Assembly (NCBI GenBank): GCA_036172245.1
Contig: JAYWIR010000108.1
Span: forward strand, 62,001-126,000
From: Raillietiella orientalis
Lineage: Eukaryota
Reading direction: 5' to 3'
DNA: 64,000 nt
The translations under genes and the position numbers were made by a program. Below, one piece after another: positions 60,639 through 64,000 of the stretch (position 1 is the stretch's first letter; every line of letters begins with the position of its first letter). The notes under the pieces are model-generated. The model made no database searches, was not told the origin of the DNA, and worked only from the letters and a program-made list of their open reading frames with translations.

Positions 60639-63315
60639 GAGCTTTCCGATGGCGGAGACGATCTCCGCCATCGGAAAGCTCAGAAAGAAAAAAGCACCAG
60701 GGGAAGACGGTCTGCCCGCGAAGTACTACCAAGGCTTCGTGGCGGAGCTGGCCACCCTGGTGCATGGGCTATGCATGCTGATCCGAGAACAAGGGGACGT
60801 CCTTAAATCGTTCCGGTCAGCTAGAGTACGTCTCCTGACGAAAGGAGGAGACAATCGCAACGTAGGCAACTGGGGTCCCGTCACAGTAGTGAATGCGGAT
60901 GCGAAGTTGCTTGCCAAGCTTTGGGCTGAGCGACTGGGACGGGTGGCGGAATCCGTGGTGAGTCCGGAGCAAACATACGCTGTTCCCGGACCAAGCATGG
61001 AGGCCAACCTGTTCCTCGCCAGTACATGGTGGCAGTTGCAACAAAGCGAAGACCAAGGAGGTCAAGAGAATCCTGGATTCTCCTCTGATTAGGGAGGGGA
61101 CGCATTTCATGAAAGAGCCGCGCCCAGTGCCCTTGCGGTCGCAGTCGATCTGCGTAAAGCGTTCGATTGCGTCGACCATAAACTGCTTCTGGAGCTCCTG
61201 GAACGCTTGGGATTCCCGGCCGTCTTCCGGTCTTACCTGCGCTCCTGCTGGCGCTTCGCTCTAATAAACATCTCTTTTAGCGGCCGGCACGTGTACGACG
61301 TGCCGGTTCGGCGTGGCATAAGGCAGGGTGACAGTCTGAGCCCCATGCTCTTCAGCATCTGCTTCGAGCCGGTGCTGAGGGCATACAGGGAGACTCTGGC
61401 AACCCTGCCAAGCTCGTGTCCCGGCACGCCTGCCGTGTCGGCCTACGCCGACGACCTTCTGCTCCTGCTCCCCGGGTCCACCCCGGCGTCGACGATCGGA
61501 GATTTCTTTGAGTTGCTGCGCCGCGGGACGGGCCTCGAGGTGAACAGAGAGAAATCTTCCATCGTTCCAACATCACCACAACTTTTCAACAATATGGCGT
61601 GGGCCGGACGGCCGGACTGGATCCGCTTGGGGATCCCCACGGGCAGGTGCTTCAAGTACCTTGGCGTTCCGTTGGGGGACTTCTGCGTTGCAGAAGCCTG
61701 GTCCGACCGTCTCCAAAAGGTGGAGTTGGCGATCGGCCCGTTCCGGAACAGCAAGTTTTACTTGAAGGAGCGGGCCGCGGTGTGGAACGCGTTCGCGGTA
61801 CCCCTCCTTCGCCCCTTACTTTTTGTTTGCCCCGCCCCTCCCATCATACAGAGACGGACCAAAGCCCTCTTCAGGACTCCCTTTGGGGCACAGCGAGGTC
61901 GCGAGTCCGATTGAAAGACCTGTGCGCTCCACGCAGGGATGGTGGCTTGGGCCTCCTTACGTTGGAGCGCATCCAACTACAGACAACATTTCGGAAGTTA
62001 GCCCTTGCGGCTAGCTTATGGATGACGCCATGGTGCGATCCGGCATGGCTTCTCGCCAGAAGAGCGACCGACTGCGAAGGATTGTCCTCGATCCTCGTGG
62101 CCTACCTCCGCAGCCTCTCCAACTGTGGTCACGATGTGCGCCAGATGGTCGCCCTGATGAGGGAGAATACCTGGATCTCCTGCATCCCCGCGAACTGCAC
62201 TGCCTGGCTTCAGGAGTCAGCTTCCGCGTGGGCTAAGATCAAGGGCACGAGCGAGGCGGAATACAACTGCCTACGACGAGGACCGTACGCTCGACAGCCG
62301 CTGCAGGATATCATCAACACGCCCCGGAAGTTTCTGTGGGCTTCTTTCAGCCCCCTTGCCCCCGTTCTGTCCTCCCTGAAAAACAGTAGGAACAGCAACG
62401 AGCTGGCATCGTGGGAAGTGTCCTGCCTCATCCGAGGCAGGAAGAAACCTTTAAAGGCGTGGACGACTCGGGAGCTCACAAACGCTGCCACCCCGAGCGT
62501 CCCGCCTCACGGACTTGCGCGCTGGGGAGAGCTGCTCGCAATACCTCCGGAGGAGGTGAAGTGGCCCCCAGCGTGTTGTGATTGCAACACACTTCCGTTG
62601 AAGTGGCAGGAGACGGCGTTGCTATTTCTGCACTGGGGACTGTTAAGCAGAGCACGCCTGTCTCACTGGACACTGGGAAATGTGGATGCCCGCTGTGTGG
62701 AGTGCGGAGAAAGAGAAACCTTCCCGCATCTCACCCTCGAGTGTGTCGCCCTGGATGGACTCTCGAGTCGAATCGCCCCAATCCTCCATCTTCCAGTAGG
62801 CGACCCTCAGGAAATTTACCGTCGCCTCTTTCTGCGTGACGACCTGCGCCCCGCTGCGTCTCTAGCAGTCCTCTGCTGCGTGCGCGGCATTGTGCAAAGG
62901 TGGCGCGCCAGATGAAGAGGCTCAAAATGCATGGTCGCCATCCACTGGACAACGATCTCTTTAGAGACGGCGACAAGGTGACGTCTATCTTTCACGATAA
63001 AAACTGAACTTGACTGCATCCTCAACAGGATGCGGAGGACCGACCCAGGCGCCCAGTGATCCCTTCCCTGCTCCCCCCCCTCTCCCCATACAACTGTTTC
63101 CCTCCCCCGTTATCTCTCTTTTTGTTTGTTTTTGTTCTAGTTTTTCCTTTCCATGCGCCTCGGGAATGGACCTAACCGGTCTATGCACCGGCAACAGACA
63201 CGTCAACCAAGGTGGGAAAACCAAGTGTTTCCCACAATTAACTTTTGAAAGACTTTATTATCTAATTTTTGTAAAAAAGTAGAATAATAAATGCCCCGGC
63301 ATATCCGGGTGGCAA
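60639..63315 (+). mobile_element. Subfamily A, 5'-truncated with terminal foldback
   Basis: RT motifs incl. YADD; Zn finger; 3' end CCCCGGCATATCCGGGTGGCAA. Confidence 0.92.
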
Positions 63316-64000
63316 ACTTCGGCTGCAGCGGAGTATTCCTGGCCAGCGTCATCGAGCAGACAAGCCGCTCCAGACTGCCAAACCTGGCGCTCGGCCCTGG
63401 TCTTATACTCCGCCAGACACCGGACGCCCGGGCATCGTGAAAAGGTACACGCCTGCAGATAGGATCTGCTGTTCGCGATAACCTCCCGGAAGCCGCGTGG
63501 AAGCAGGTGCAAGGGAAACCGGCTGCAGAACTCGCGAACCGATCTTTTCAGATCGTCCCAGTCCTCGAGTTCACAGATGGAGAAGCCCCGGAGGTGTTGG
63601 CGGAGATGCTCCGCCGCCTCCGAGTTGCTAGGCCAGTCGGCCGGCAACCTTCAGACATTCATCGAAGGCCCTTTTCCAGTCGGAAGGATCTCGAACTTTA
63701 GTCTAGGATGATCCGAAATCGCGGACAGCAGGCGTTCTCTCCGACCTACTCGTAAGAGCAGGTTTTCATCGAGGAACGCATGGTCCGGCGAACTCTCCAT
63801 CATGGGCTCACCAGCAAGCAAGTTTTGAACGCGCACGGACGCGCATACCTCGCTCAACAGTTGCTTCTCCCTCAAGCGGCATCTCTCCTCTGTTAGCAGG
63901 TGGACGCTGAAGTCTCGTGCAAGGAGGCTCGCCACGTTAGGGCCGGAGTCAGCGTGCCAGCGGCTGCGCAGGCCACCCAGGAATGCAAGTCGCTGGGCGT
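63316..64000 (-). mobile_element. D/F-group APE C-half and linker
   Basis: ARDFS, PDH, SDH, LPRGF, LLDDAGQEYSAAAEV. Confidence 0.88.

Noticed and set aside
63310..63325. General rule that the family-specific 3' tail base-pairs with the target as a guide
   Set aside because: Partial match for A (GGTGGCAA vs GGCGGCGA in a related host) and D (ATAC), but weak for B1, C and H; not supported by these few junctions.
1..64000. Numerous 60-500 aa antisense/alternative-frame ORFs in the track (e.g. 13913-15400, 3759-4799, 57760-59025, 2224-3390)
   Set aside because: Shadows of GC-rich retroelement ORFs or chimeras across frameshifts and junctions; no independent domain motifs.
1..64000. Bacterial RT system (group II intron, retron, DGR) or CRISPR array
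   Set aside because: APE-RT-Zn finger ORF2 with CCHC ORF1, AATAAA and a TSD is eukaryotic non-LTR architecture; no repeat-spacer periodicity.
1..64000. LTR retrotransposons
   Set aside because: No LTRs, protease, RNase H or integrase motifs seen.
1..64000. HeT-A/TART-like telomeric array
   Set aside because: Those are unidirectional with poly(A) junctions; here strands alternate and no telomeric repeats are present.

Overview
Eukaryotic repeat DNA. About 60 of the 64 kb is a mosaic of roughly 30 mostly decayed or truncated non-LTR retrotransposon segments of the L1/Tx1 type. They have a gag-like ORF1 with CCHC knuckles and an ORF2 with APE endonuclease (WNVNG, LQE, YAP, AGDFN, SDH), RT (DLxKAFD, RQGDSLSP, YADD, KYLG) and a C-terminal CxxC..H...C finger. 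They fall into several subfamilies, which I label A, B1/B2/B3, C, D/F, E, H and J (my labels). Only ~24.84-28.2 kb is non-element sequence. The key observation is at the junctions. Nearly every intact 3' end sits antisense inside another element's coding sequence, and each subfamily reuses its own homologous site: D at APE 'GGRL' (3x), C at linker 'RNL' (2x, one with a 16-bp TSD), B1 at linker 'GFG' (3x), A at linker 'AEV' (2x) and H at RT motif 'DLHKAFD' (3x). This looks like a guild of sequence-specific retrotransposons that target one another. Other shared features are a poly(A)-less 3' end (AATAAA followed by a CCCGG hairpin), a covarying 3' UTR structure, a 5' GGACGTGTTTT motif, and a TAATG ORF1/ORF2 overlap that is replaced by an AUG-less TAACA/TAACT in the B lineage. 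Boundaries were read by eye and may be off by a few bases. The host organism cannot be identified.
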